Source of the DNA: a virus
Lineage: Duplodnaviria > Caudoviricetes
Length of the DNA stretch: 47,931 nucleotides
Strand: one strand, 5' to 3'
IMG/VR virus record: IMGVR_UViG_3300034349_000050
Coordinates: 1 to 47,931 of that record
Each line of letters starts with the position of its first letter. Positions within the stretch are counted from its first letter, which is position 1. Below are positions 1 through 9,174 of the stretch, piece after piece. Made by a program: the position numbers and the translations under genes. Below the pieces are notes generated by a model. The model ran no database searches and had not been told where the DNA came from. It saw nothing but the letters and a program-made list of their open reading frames with translations.

Positions 1-180
1 AGCCGCTGGTGCTAAGGGCGACACAGGAGCCGCTGGTGCTAAGGGCGACACAGGAGCCGCTGGTGCTAAGGGCGACACAGGAGCCGCTGGTACCGACGGA
101 GCTAAAGGAGACAAGGGAGACAAGGGAGACACAGGAGCCGCTGGTACCGACGGAGCTAAAGGAGACAAGGGAGACACAGG
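1..180 (+). repeat. 27-bp tandem repeat (GGAGCCGCTGGTGCTAAGGGCGACACA) followed by related GGAGACAAG units, encoding collagen triplets
   Basis: About three identical 27-bp units are directly visible, followed by two longer variant units. Confidence 0.9.
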
Positions 181-859
181 AACTGCTGGAGTAGATGGGG
201 ACACGGGTCCAGCCGGACCAACGGCAGTATCTTCTGACGTAGGAAATCTTGCAGTTCTCGGAACTGACAGCAAACTACTGGTCAATGCCGCCCATATTAC
301 GCCGGCCGCGATTGGAGCGGCGACGGTTGCTCAAGGCACCGATGCGCGCCCACCCGACATCAATGGTATGACTGCCGAAAACGACATCTTGGCAGATGAT
401 GATTACGTTCCGTTTTACGATGCGAGTGAGACCGCTAATCGCAAAGGAATTTTGACTAAGTTTTGGGACTATATCACTGCGAAGATTACCGTAATAGGTA
501 TTGCTCCATACATAACGGGCTACAGTCAGGCAGGGAATACCACCCTTACTGCCTCCAGCGGTACACTAACAATCCCGCTAGATGGGAAATGCTACTCTTA
601 CACAATTCCATCTGGTACAGCAATAACGTTAGCACTATCAGACACACCAACTCCTCCGCTGTGTGCGAGTGTACAGATTGAATTCACACAGCACGCCAGT
701 TCAGCAGGAACACTCGCATATCCCTCCGCTTGGTTATGGGTCGGGTCAACTGCAGTACCACTGCCAACCGCTCTAAGTGCGAAGATGCTACTGGAGGTAC
801 AGTCTATGCCTTCTGGCAGTATTCTGGCCTTTGCATCATGGGTTGGGGTGCAAGTATGA
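1..859 (+). CDS. Collagen-like (Gly-X-Y) tail fibre protein, 5'-truncated by the window edge
   Basis: The frame starting at base 2 reads AAGAKGDTGAAGAKGDTG...GPAGPTAVSSDVGNLAVLGTDSKL with no stop and runs into the 368..859 ORF. The C-terminal domain is beta-rich (YPSAWLWVG). Confidence 0.85.
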   Translation, partial: AAGAKGDTGAAGAKGDTGAAGAKGDTGAAGTDGAKGDKGDKGDTGAAGTDGAKGDKGDTGTAGVDGDTGPAGPTAVSSDVGNLAVLGTDSKLLVNAAHITPAAIGAATVAQGTDARPPDINGMTAENDILADDDYVPFYDASETANRKGILTKFWDYITAKITVIGIAPYITGYSQAGNTTLTASSGTLTIPLDGKCYSYTIPSGTAITLALSDTPTPPLCASVQIEFTQHASSAGTLAYPSAWLWVGSTAVPLPTALSAKMLLEVQSMPSGSILAFASWVGVQV

Positions 860-1785
860 TAGGCTCCAGACTGCAAGCAGGGTGGCGCCAAGGGCGTAAT
901 ATTTGGGTGCAGAAAGCACCTAAGTATGGTAGTGAGACCTCTATCTACTCCATGGCCGTATTTAACGGCAAACTCTATGGTGCAACAGGTCCCATCAATG
1001 GCCTTCTTCTAGAGTGGAATGGCACTAATGCCTGGGTGCAGAAAGCGCCTACGTATGGTAGTGAGACCTCTATCTACTCCATGGCCGTGTTTAACGGCAA
1101 ACTCTATGGCGGAACAATCCCCAACGGCCTTCTTCTAGAGTGGAATGGCACTAATGCCTGGGTGCAGAAGGCGCCTAAGTATGGTAGTGAGACCCATATC
1201 TACTCTTTGGCCGTGTTTAACGGCAAACTCTACGGCGGGACAACCCCCAGCGGCAATCTTCTAGAGTGGAACGGCACTAATGCCTGGGTGCAGAAAGCCC
1301 CTAAGTGTGGTAGTGAAACTGTTGTCTACTCCTTGGCCGTGTTTAACGGCAAACTCTATGGCGGAACAGGCCCCGGCGGCAATCTTCTAGAGTGGAACGG
1401 TACTAATGCCTGGGTGCAGAAAGCGCCTAAGTATGGTAGTGAAACTATTGTCTACTCCTTGGCCGTGTTTAACGGCAAACTCTATGGCGGGACTGGATTT
1501 GTTAGCGGTAGTCTTCTAGAGTGGAACGGTACTAATGCCTGGGTGCAGAAAGCACCTGCGTACGGCACTAACTCGCGCGCCAGAGCCCTAGTTGTGTTTA
1601 ATAACACGCTGTACGTAACGGGCTATACCTCCAATTTGTTGTTGGCGTGGAATAACATCGACGCATGGCAACTACGAGCGCCGAAATTGGGCGCAGAAAC
1701 TTATAGCGCAGCCTTGGTTATCCACAAGCAGAAACTTTACGCCGGCACCGGTATAAATGGCAATCTATTCGAGTGGAGCACATAA
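856..1785 (+). CDS. Tandem-repeat beta-propeller protein (about 7 blades), putative receptor-binding or tail accessory protein
   Basis: 42-43 aa repeats of WVQKAPKYGSET..YS.AVFNGKLYGGT...G.LLEWNGTNA. The ATG at 856 overlaps the upstream TGA (ATGA), which is more plausible than the 730 start. Confidence 0.8.
   Translation: MIGSRLQAGWRQGRNIWVQKAPKYGSETSIYSMAVFNGKLYGATGPINGLLLEWNGTNAWVQKAPTYGSETSIYSMAVFNGKLYGGTIPNGLLLEWNGTNAWVQKAPKYGSETHIYSLAVFNGKLYGGTTPSGNLLEWNGTNAWVQKAPKCGSETVVYSLAVFNGKLYGGTGPGGNLLEWNGTNAWVQKAPKYGSETIVYSLAVFNGKLYGGTGFVSGSLLEWNGTNAWVQKAPAYGTNSRARALVVFNNTLYVTGYTSNLLLAWNNIDAWQLRAPKLGAETYSAALVIHKQKLYAGTGINGNLFEWST
904..1557 (+). repeat. Five near-identical 126/129-bp coding repeats plus the start of a sixth
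   Basis: Units begin TGGGTGCAGAA at 904, 1033, 1159, 1285, 1411 and 1540. Confidence 0.95.
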
Positions 1786-2192
1786 TGAGTTACGTCTATA
1801 ATCTAGCGCCAGCAGATACTCCGGAGTGGGTGCATAGTGGTCCTAATATCGTACCGTTTACATCTTTATCCGTCGCGCAGTTGGCGTCGATTGGCTGGCT
1901 ACCATTGATCTACGATCCACCTGATTCATCACTGGGTTATGCCAACCCTGTTGCCGAAACTCGCGCTGGACAACGGGTGGCAGTTGCCTATGCTTTGGGA
2001 ACAGCAGAAGAGCGCGCGGCAGTTATACTTCGCGCGCAATGGCTTGCTACCGCCTTACTTCAATCGCAACTGGATGTTGCGGCAGCTCGTGCTATACTAG
2101 CTGTACCACTATCGGTTTCTCCGACGAGGGACGACATCCAAGCACGTATAGATGCGCTTGCTATTCTTCAACCAATTACCGCAGGAATTTAA
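1785..2192 (+). CDS. Hypothetical protein, possible tail-fibre assembly chaperone
   Basis: TAATG overlap with the upstream gene. It sits after the fibre genes and contains LASIGWLP. Confidence 0.55.
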   Translation: MSYVYNLAPADTPEWVHSGPNIVPFTSLSVAQLASIGWLPLIYDPPDSSLGYANPVAETRAGQRVAVAYALGTAEERAAVILRAQWLATALLQSQLDVAAARAILAVPLSVSPTRDDIQARIDALAILQPITAGI

Positions 2193-2194
2193 CC

Positions 2195-2473
2195 ATGGCT
2201 TTACTAGTAAATCTCAACACCACTAACGCTCGTGGTCTACGTCTGGCTAATGCTATCCAGTCTATTCAGACAGGACTTTCTGTTTTACGCGAGCTAGACG
2301 GCTTACGTGCTCAAACTGTTGGTGTCTCGGCCGCTGTATTTGGCGCAGCTTTTGGTATTGCTAACCCGGCAGAAGCGCAGGCACTAAACGACCGATGGGG
2401 CGCTATCGCAGCAAAAACCTACACAGGTTTACAGGACTTCCTGGATGCGACGTTAGCCGGACCTTCTGCTTAA
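2195..2473 (+). CDS. Hypothetical protein (92 aa, MALLVNLNTT...)
   Basis: An AGGA SD precedes the ATG at 2195, and the ORF packs tightly between its neighbours. Confidence 0.65.
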   Translation: MALLVNLNTTNARGLRLANAIQSIQTGLSVLRELDGLRAQTVGVSAAVFGAAFGIANPAEAQALNDRWGAIAAKTYTGLQDFLDATLAGPSA

Positions 2474-2492
2474 GCAACAAGACTAAAAGACC

Positions 2493-3053
2493 ATGACTGA
2501 TGATTACAGCATGGAAAATTGCCCTCTGAGCGTATCGTGCCAAGAGACTATTGCTCAACGCTGGATTCGTCAAGATGCTGTAAACAAGAGGCTTGGCGCT
2601 AAACTGGATGCTGCCGAGGGCAGAATAAGTGACATACAGGCTCATGGTTTTGGCCTACAGGATCTTATAACCAAGCAAGGAGCAGAATTTAAAGAAGAAC
2701 GTGAGCAGACGAGACAAGCCGTGCGCGCGGTTGCAACAGCCTTAGCAAATTCTGATAGGCTGCAAGCACTACGCCATGAAAAAATACTCGATGTTCAACA
2801 GCGTAACCTTTCGGCCAACGTCGAATTACTCGGAATCTTTCAGGGGCATGAACTTAATGAAGCTACCAAGCTGAAAAACCTCGATGGCAAGATACTCGTT
2901 AATCGTGTTGGCCATAAAGCATTTATTGGCCTTGGAGTTATTGCGATGCTGGGGCTTTCTGGTTTTATAGGAACTATGCTCTTTCCAGGTATCGATCTCG
3001 CATTCCACGCAGGAATTAATGCTTTCATGGCTTTAATGCCAGGGCACTTTTAA
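2493..3053 (+). CDS. Coiled-coil protein with a C-terminal transmembrane segment, possible lysis accessory
   Basis: Helical heptad-like region followed by hydrophobic FIGLGVIAMLGLSGFIGTMLF. It is adjacent to the holin. Confidence 0.6.
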   Translation: MTDDYSMENCPLSVSCQETIAQRWIRQDAVNKRLGAKLDAAEGRISDIQAHGFGLQDLITKQGAEFKEEREQTRQAVRAVATALANSDRLQALRHEKILDVQQRNLSANVELLGIFQGHELNEATKLKNLDGKILVNRVGHKAFIGLGVIAMLGLSGFIGTMLFPGIDLAFHAGINAFMALMPGHF

Positions 3054-3065
3054 AGGAAAGTTTAC

Positions 3066-3344
3066 ATGGTAACTGACGCACCCACTGAAGTACTCGGAAA
3101 TGGAACAGAAATTGTTATCCCTTCTGTATTTGTGAACGGTTGGAGACCTTTTGTTGGTTGGGTATGCGGATGGGCCTTTGCCTATCATTTCATAGTAGAA
3201 CCGTCGCTGGCCTTCGTTTTTGCCACTCTCGGATATCCTGTGGTCCTTCCGGAGTTTAATTTGGACGAATTAACAACTGTTCTCTTCGGTCTACTTGGTT
3301 TAAGTGGCCTGCGCACGTACGAAAAAGTAAAAGGTGTTGCCTAA
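3066..3344 (+). CDS. Holin, 3TM (GTA-type) family
   Basis: Characteristic WRPFVGWVCG and GLLGLSGLRTYEKVKGVA motifs, with an AAGGA SD. Confidence 0.85.
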   Translation: MVTDAPTEVLGNGTEIVIPSVFVNGWRPFVGWVCGWAFAYHFIVEPSLAFVFATLGYPVVLPEFNLDELTTVLFGLLGLSGLRTYEKVKGVA

Positions 3345-4264
3345 TGACTGACAAGACCATGAAAATGGGGCCGTGGGCTGGAATTGACAACGTTCGTAGA
3401 GACGACGAGGACGTATTTCAGCTTCCAGGCCCGAGAGAAAAGAGATTAGCTAATCTCATTTCTATTGTAAATATGGACCAAGACGAATCTGGTTGGCCGT
3501 TTACCACCAGGGACGACTGGACATTAATCGATAATGCCAGTGCGCATAGTCTATTTGAGTACTCAGGCATATCCTACGCCGTGTTGAACAACGTTCTTGT
3601 ACAGCTAAATGACACGGGTGTTACAAACCTGGCAGACGTTTCAGGCCCACTGTCGTGGACAATTTTGAACGATGAACCAGTTTTCACAGATGGCTCCATC
3701 ATACGAGTAATTCGCAACTCATCCTGTATTCCATTACCATCTAGTATCTCCGAAGCGGATGAGCAAAGAGTGCTCGATCCTCTACCTGGTGGTACCGGCA
3801 TCGCTTACTGGAATGGTCGCCTACTGGTTGTCAGAGGTACGACTCTTTTTCTTTCTGAACCACTACGCTACGGTGCATATGATACAATGCGCGGAAGAGT
3901 TCAATTTGGACAGCAGATACAGTGGATTGCGGCGATACAGTCGGGCATATATGTAGGGCTAACAGAGTCAATAAGATTCCTCGATGGGACAGATCCTCTT
4001 GCTTTTACGCATAAAAGAGCGTCCGGTCCTGGGTGGGGTGGAACTGTCGTAGATTCGGCTGAGATGTATCTTAATGAACTGCGGGCCCAGGAGAATGAGG
4101 GAACGAAGGAGATTGCCGTATGGATGGAAGAGAAAGGGTTCGTCCTTGGTCTACCATCTGGAAAGGTTGAAAGACCTCAGGCATACAACCTAAAAGATTT
4201 GGAGATTTTCCACGGTGGGAAGATCTCTCTGTACAACAGCCGGCTGACGGCTATAAGACCATAA
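3344..4264 (+). CDS. Virion structural protein (beta-rich, tail-associated)
   Basis: 306-aa ORF coupled to the holin (TAATG). GPWAGIDN N-terminus and a propeller-like strand pattern (AYWNGRLLV, LFLSEP). Confidence 0.55.
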   Translation: MTDKTMKMGPWAGIDNVRRDDEDVFQLPGPREKRLANLISIVNMDQDESGWPFTTRDDWTLIDNASAHSLFEYSGISYAVLNNVLVQLNDTGVTNLADVSGPLSWTILNDEPVFTDGSIIRVIRNSSCIPLPSSISEADEQRVLDPLPGGTGIAYWNGRLLVVRGTTLFLSEPLRYGAYDTMRGRVQFGQQIQWIAAIQSGIYVGLTESIRFLDGTDPLAFTHKRASGPGWGGTVVDSAEMYLNELRAQENEGTKEIAVWMEEKGFVLGLPSGKVERPQAYNLKDLEIFHGGKISLYNSRLTAIRP

Positions 4265-4276
4265 CCGGAGACTTAA

Positions 4277-4849
4277 ATGAAGCACATTCGAGAACTACAG
4301 ACTTTTATAATCGGAGGCGACGCGAAGCCAGAAGATGGTGGAATCCTTATTCATGATTCTGCCATGCTCCGTGGAACTTATCGTACGTGGATAAATGGAG
4401 AGGGCGAGCAGATTGATCACAATCTTCTGCCTACTCAAGGTATTGCGTACCTTCTGGGACTGCTTGGGTCTACTAACAAAGAAACGGCTTTTTATCTTGC
4501 GCCCTTCTCTGGTAATGTATCCCCAGCAGCTAACTGGACTGCCGCTAACTTCGCTTCCAATGCCACAGAGATTACGTCCTTGACTGAAGGATTCAGTAAC
4601 ACGGTAAGACCTACTTGGATTCCAGGTTCTGTTGCTGCCGGAGTCATTGGCAATACGGCGGCAGTTGCATCCTTTAACATTGTTTGTACAAGCGTTGTGA
4701 ATATCGCTGGTATGGGGCTTTTGTCTAGCAATGTACGTGGTGGAACAGGCGGACTTTTGCTGTCTGCTAGTAGATACGGCGCAGTGCGTGTTGTCAATAC
4801 TGGCGATACGTTCGAAGTCGAATACAACATTTCTCTAACTGATTCTTAA
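4277..4849 (+). CDS. Virion structural protein (tail-associated)
   Basis: GGAG SD and 190 aa. The HNLLPTQGIAYLL...V.TGDTFEVEYNIS pattern resembles phage tail/collar proteins. Confidence 0.6.
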   Translation: MKHIRELQTFIIGGDAKPEDGGILIHDSAMLRGTYRTWINGEGEQIDHNLLPTQGIAYLLGLLGSTNKETAFYLAPFSGNVSPAANWTAANFASNATEITSLTEGFSNTVRPTWIPGSVAAGVIGNTAAVASFNIVCTSVVNIAGMGLLSSNVRGGTGGLLLSASRYGAVRVVNTGDTFEVEYNISLTDS

Positions 4850-4861
4850 TAGAGGTGATTT

Positions 4862-5326
4862 ATGGCTAATGCCTTAACTGATATGGCCCGTGCCATGTTT
4901 GCACGTGGAGCGATTAACTGGGAGTCTGACACGCTAAAATGCGTCCTTGTCGACACTGCCTCTGTTAGTTTCACTACTATAAACCAGACTTCGTCTAATC
5001 CAGGCGATATTCCGGCAAATATGAGCTTAATTCCGACTACGTATCGTAACAACGGCGCATCTGGAGCTGTTGGTATGCCGCTAGCAAACAAGGCTGTTAT
5101 GCCTAATGGAGCCTGCGACGCAGATGACGTTACGTTCACCGCTGTTCAGACGCTCTCTGGAGGTGGTGCTTTGGAGGCTGTTGTTATATACAAGGACGGG
5201 GCGTCTGATGCATTACGAGCTATACTTTGTTGGTTAGACACAGCCACGGGTTTGCCTATCGTGCCGAATGGGGGCGACATAATTTGTACTTTTGACGGCG
5301 GGGTAAATCGTTTGTTCAGATTGTGA
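4862..5326 (+). CDS. Virion structural protein (tail-associated)
   Basis: GAGGTG SD. MANAL...INW.SDTLKCVLVD...DADDVTF...GLPIVPNGGDI resembles a recurrent phage tail protein. Confidence 0.65.
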   Translation: MANALTDMARAMFARGAINWESDTLKCVLVDTASVSFTTINQTSSNPGDIPANMSLIPTTYRNNGASGAVGMPLANKAVMPNGACDADDVTFTAVQTLSGGGALEAVVIYKDGASDALRAILCWLDTATGLPIVPNGGDIICTFDGGVNRLFRL

Positions 5327-5330
5327 TAAA

Positions 5331-5400
5331 AATCAACGAGTTACGAACTACAAATATTTCGTTAGCGAGGCTTGACATTTCCTGTGTAGCAGTATATACT
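5331..5400 (+). promoter_or_regulatory. Sigma70 promoter with an upstream IHF-consensus site
   Basis: TTGACA (5372-5377), a 17-bp spacer and TATACT (5395-5400). AATCAACGAGTTA (5331-5343) matches WATCAANNNNTTR. Confidence 0.8.
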
Positions 5401-5431
5401 ACTCTTTCCTTAAACCAAAAGAGTAATTATT

Positions 5432-5929
5432 ATGGCTTTCACAGCACGAATCGACAAATGCAAACAGTGTGGCGGTGAGTATCTACGAAAAGGATCGGTT
5501 GGAGTCTATTGTTCCGAAGCATGCAAGGAAGTTGCAAAGCACGGAGAAGAGAGGGAATGCTTACAGTGCAGCAAGGCGCTAGGTCGAAGGCAGAAAAAGT
5601 TTTGTTCAAGGGAATGTATAGATCAGCATGCTAGAGACAACACAGTTAGAAAAGGAACATGCGAAGAATGTGGAAAAGACTTCCTAAAAGATCGTCCTGA
5701 CACTAAATATTGTTCTATAGCATGCCGCGATAAAGCGGCTAGTTGTGTTAAAGAGTACATATGTTTGACGTGCGGAGTACACTTTTCTAGAAAAAGTGCT
5801 AATTCCAAGGACTATAAGTACTGTTCAGTATCATGCTCATCTATCACGAACAATGCTACACGAGTGTTAAAGCGTAATATTCATCCAATAGATGTCGCTG
5901 CGCCTTCAGTAGAGAAGGAGGCAGAATAA
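5432..5929 (+). CDS. Multi zinc-finger protein (CxxC...[YF]CSxxC repeats) without a nuclease domain
   Basis: Four CxxC/YCS units. The N-terminus is paralogous to the downstream HNH gene. Confidence 0.75.
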   Translation: MAFTARIDKCKQCGGEYLRKGSVGVYCSEACKEVAKHGEERECLQCSKALGRRQKKFCSRECIDQHARDNTVRKGTCEECGKDFLKDRPDTKYCSIACRDKAASCVKEYICLTCGVHFSRKSANSKDYKYCSVSCSSITNNATRVLKRNIHPIDVAAPSVEKEAE

Positions 5930-6723
5930 TGGCCTTCGAAGCTCGTATAGATAATTGTGTTCTTTGTAGCGAGGAGTTTCTTCGCACTGGTACTAGACAC
6001 TTATACTGCTCTGATAAGTGCAAAGAAGTAGCAAAATATGGAAAGCAAAGAACGTGCCTTCACTGTGGTACTATCCTTCGTTCGGAGCAGCCAAAATATT
6101 GTTCTACAAACTGTAAGTATTCGCATACGCTAAAAGATTTTGGCGAGAAAGTTCCGTGCGACGCCTGTGGAAATCCATTTCATAAGCGGCGAAAGGATCA
6201 ACGTTTTTGCTCAGTAGAGTGTAAAAACATAGGTTTAAGTGCTATACACGAATTCGTATGCGAGCAATGTGGAACCACGTTTGAGAAAAAGAACACCAAG
6301 GATAGAATATATAAATTCTGCTCAAAATCATGTTCAGGAAAGTACAACAATACGCTAAATAGCAAGTCTCCAGACCTTTGGACTAGGACAACACGCGCTG
6401 GAGATGGGTATGTCGCAATCCAAACACCAAACGGCAGTATGCTAGAACATAGATACGTTATGGAGCAGAAATTAGATCGTAAGCTGCTTGAAGGTGAGAA
6501 TGTCCACCACATCGATGGAAATAGAGGTAATAATGCTCCGGATAATCTGGAGTTGTGGGTCACGCCTCAACCTACAGGGGTTAGACCTCTACAAGTTGTA
6601 AAGAATCTTATAGCCTCTTTCAGCAAGGAAGAAAAAGCCGAACTTATTATGGACCTAGTAACTTCTATGGATGAAGAAAAACGTTCCACCTTGATCGAGC
6701 AAATCATCGACTGCTACTTCTAA
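5929..6723 (+). CDS. HNH homing endonuclease with N-terminal zinc-finger repeats
   Basis: EHRYVME..L.R.L...ENVHHIDGNRGNNAPDNLELW HNH motif and four CxxC/YCS units. Confidence 0.9.
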   Translation: MAFEARIDNCVLCSEEFLRTGTRHLYCSDKCKEVAKYGKQRTCLHCGTILRSEQPKYCSTNCKYSHTLKDFGEKVPCDACGNPFHKRRKDQRFCSVECKNIGLSAIHEFVCEQCGTTFEKKNTKDRIYKFCSKSCSGKYNNTLNSKSPDLWTRTTRAGDGYVAIQTPNGSMLEHRYVMEQKLDRKLLEGENVHHIDGNRGNNAPDNLELWVTPQPTGVRPLQVVKNLIASFSKEEKAELIMDLVTSMDEEKRSTLIEQIIDCYF

Positions 6724-6734
6724 ACCAATATCTC

Positions 6735-6743
6735 TGCTATAAT
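6735..6743 (+). promoter_or_regulatory. Extended -10 element TGCTATAAT
   Basis: TGnTATAAT in the intergenic gap, about 30 bp before the 6776 ATG. Confidence 0.55.
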
Positions 6744-6775
6744 ACTGTCTTTATCCCAGAAAGAGAGTAAAATAT

Positions 6776-9163
6776 ATGCCCGCACCAGCCACGCATTGGA
6801 GAGTCCGTTTTAATCGTTTGAATGCGACGCGCTCCTATAACATATCCACTCTCTATCCGTGTGATTCGACTCTAACCCAGATATCGAATCATACGGCTCT
6901 AACTGGTACTCCGCTTTATAACGCCGTTACGTACCCTCTAACCAATTTGTTGGACTCGAACACGGCAACCTTTACAGCTTTCAACTGGACCACTGAGACG
7001 AGTTTCTCTGTTACTTTCCAGTATGCTGCTCCGGTACTTATCGACCACTTTCTACTCAACGTTTCTGGAGCAGCGGCAGTTGGTAATCCGCTAGAATCTT
7101 TTAACCTCTCGTTTGTGGTGGAATCTTCTAGCGACGGGACTACCTTCGTGGTTCAATCCTCTCAGGACAAAGTCATAGGTTCAGTCGGCGCGGACTACCG
7201 TTTTGGCGCTACTTCAGCTTCTTCTTATTACCCCTTCCCGACGAGAGGAATAACCTCTGGTACTGGTGGAATCTATGGCATCGTATCCGAGGATTCAGTA
7301 GCTTTACCTAATCGCCCTGTTTATCTCTTTGAGAGAGACAGTTTCTTTAAGGTTGGATATACAACTACAGATAATTCTGGTGGCTATGGCTTCGATGGGC
7401 TAAACACTAACAGCGAGTTTCTTGTAATGTCAGTCGACCCCTCTGGTCCTCCATATAAGAATGCTATTGTGTGGGATCGCATAAAACCCATCAACACCCT
7501 TGGAGCGCAGACTCCAGCCGATCGTTTCTGGGCTAGGAGATTTCGTGATCCAGCCTTTGGTATAACATACGGATATCTGGCGTACTCAGATGGTATTACT
7601 TATAATCAGCTAATTTCTGCACAAGGTGGAACTCCTTTTATCGGAGTTGAGTATGGTATAAATTACCCGCCTGTATCCAGCCTAGATAATTATTCCTTTT
7701 CCACCGCAGCTGTTGCTGGAGGAGCTTTCAAGCTGCTAAGCAGTACAAGAGGGCAATTAACTGATAATACTCTGCGCTACGGTATAAATTCCGAGGCTGA
7801 CTTTGGCATTTTTGGTGTTAATGCTGCTGCACAACCAGCAAACTATAATGCGCTAACCTTTGAGTATGTGTTTGTTCCGCCAGTTACAGGAGAAAGTGAC
7901 CTTTTTATCACTTTTACTACTAACCAAGACAGCGGGGCTTCGAACGAAGTATATGGGGGTAGTTATTCATTAATTGCCGCCGGAGTCACTCTTCAAGTCA
8001 CACCAACTGTGGTTAATGTACGAATACCGCTCGCGGGCGCGAATAGATCAGTAGTTAGAGCTACGCACGCTGTAATTCAGGGCACGGTTACGCATATAAC
8101 AGTAGTCTACCTGCAAGATAACTACATTAAACTATACTATAATGGAGTTCTAACACAAACTACGGCGATAACCGGCGCTGGTAGACTATGGACATATGCC
8201 CAGTATTTACACTCTGCGGCATATGCATATGAAAATTATGATCAGGTCTACACAGGATCAGTAGCATGCCGCGCAGTCAATGGTTTTAATTTAGCCGGCT
8301 CTGGTCATAATGTCTTAGGTAATACAACTTATCCTGGAATTCCTCGTGGATGGGGCGGGCAGTTTGGTTGTGCCTCTTTCTTCGGAAGAGCTTTCTCAGA
8401 TGCCGATGTTACTAACCTGTATGATTCGTTTATAAATCCTACTACTCACGTTGTACTTCCTACAATGCCCGGCTACGCTGGAGAGGTAGAAGCTGATAAC
8501 CCTGTCTTGTATCTGCGGCTTAATGATTTAACTGCTCCCAACCCTGGATATCGGTCAGTTTGTGGTATGCGCGGGCTATATTTTAACAATATTGCAGGTA
8601 CTTTATTCGCGCAGACTCCTGCCTTCGTTGCAGGACAGACAGCAATTAAGACTAGCGCCGGAGGGCTTTACACTTGGAACACGCCCGCTTTACCTAGCCA
8701 AGTGTTCACTTTGGAGACATTTGTTAATTTCACTAGTGTAAGCGTGCTACAAATGCTTTGGGGAACTTCTCGGTACCAAGCAGTAGGCGCTATGGGATAT
8801 ATTCAACTTCTAGCCACTGGAAAAATTGCACTGACCCTTACAGATCAATCAGGTCAAGTCTTCATTCTTAGTTATTCTCATACGGCGCTTGTAGTTAATA
8901 CGAACTACCACATAGTTGTAACTTACGATCCTTGGTACACGCAACTATCTAATCTGTATATAGATGGAGTTCTTGTATCTACGCTAGCCGCAACGTCTAT
9001 GCCAGATTTCTACTACAACAGACAAATGTCTATAGGGTGCCTTACTACAACAGGACCAACTGTAGCACAACAGGTGCAAGGTTACATTGGAGAATTTGCA
9101 CTGTACAACGCAGTAGTGCCAGCTGAGCGTGTAGCGGCTCACTACGCCGCACGTAATAACTAA
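6776..9163 (+). CDS. LamG/ConA-like domain tail protein (putative adhesin)
   Basis: Two LamG-like units (HITVVY...KLYYNGVL and YHIVVTYD...LYIDGVLV...GYIGEFALYN...VAAHY). Also a prealbumin-like segment (TTTDNSGGYGFDGL) and a possible N-terminal discoidin-like domain. Confidence 0.75.
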   Translation: MPAPATHWRVRFNRLNATRSYNISTLYPCDSTLTQISNHTALTGTPLYNAVTYPLTNLLDSNTATFTAFNWTTETSFSVTFQYAAPVLIDHFLLNVSGAAAVGNPLESFNLSFVVESSSDGTTFVVQSSQDKVIGSVGADYRFGATSASSYYPFPTRGITSGTGGIYGIVSEDSVALPNRPVYLFERDSFFKVGYTTTDNSGGYGFDGLNTNSEFLVMSVDPSGPPYKNAIVWDRIKPINTLGAQTPADRFWARRFRDPAFGITYGYLAYSDGITYNQLISAQGGTPFIGVEYGINYPPVSSLDNYSFSTAAVAGGAFKLLSSTRGQLTDNTLRYGINSEADFGIFGVNAAAQPANYNALTFEYVFVPPVTGESDLFITFTTNQDSGASNEVYGGSYSLIAAGVTLQVTPTVVNVRIPLAGANRSVVRATHAVIQGTVTHITVVYLQDNYIKLYYNGVLTQTTAITGAGRLWTYAQYLHSAAYAYENYDQVYTGSVACRAVNGFNLAGSGHNVLGNTTYPGIPRGWGGQFGCASFFGRAFSDADVTNLYDSFINPTTHVVLPTMPGYAGEVEADNPVLYLRLNDLTAPNPGYRSVCGMRGLYFNNIAGTLFAQTPAFVAGQTAIKTSAGGLYTWNTPALPSQVFTLETFVNFTSVSVLQMLWGTSRYQAVGAMGYIQLLATGKIALTLTDQSGQVFILSYSHTALVVNTNYHIVVTYDPWYTQLSNLYIDGVLVSTLAATSMPDFYYNRQMSIGCLTTTGPTVAQQVQGYIGEFALYNAVVPAERVAAHYAARNN

Positions 9164-9174
9164 GGAGAACTTCG

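Noticed and set aside
9-194. ORF-track peptide MLRATQEPLV... repeats
   Set aside because: It is an off-frame reading of the collagen Gly-X-Y repeat. The real frame starts at base 2 and continues to 859.
730-855. N-terminal extension of the propeller ORF
   Set aside because: It overlaps the fibre gene by over 120 bp. The ATGA coupling at 856 is the more plausible start.
904-1557. Regularly spaced repeats as a possible CRISPR array
   Set aside because: The whole 126/129-bp units are homologous and in-frame coding. There are no unique spacers and no cas genes.
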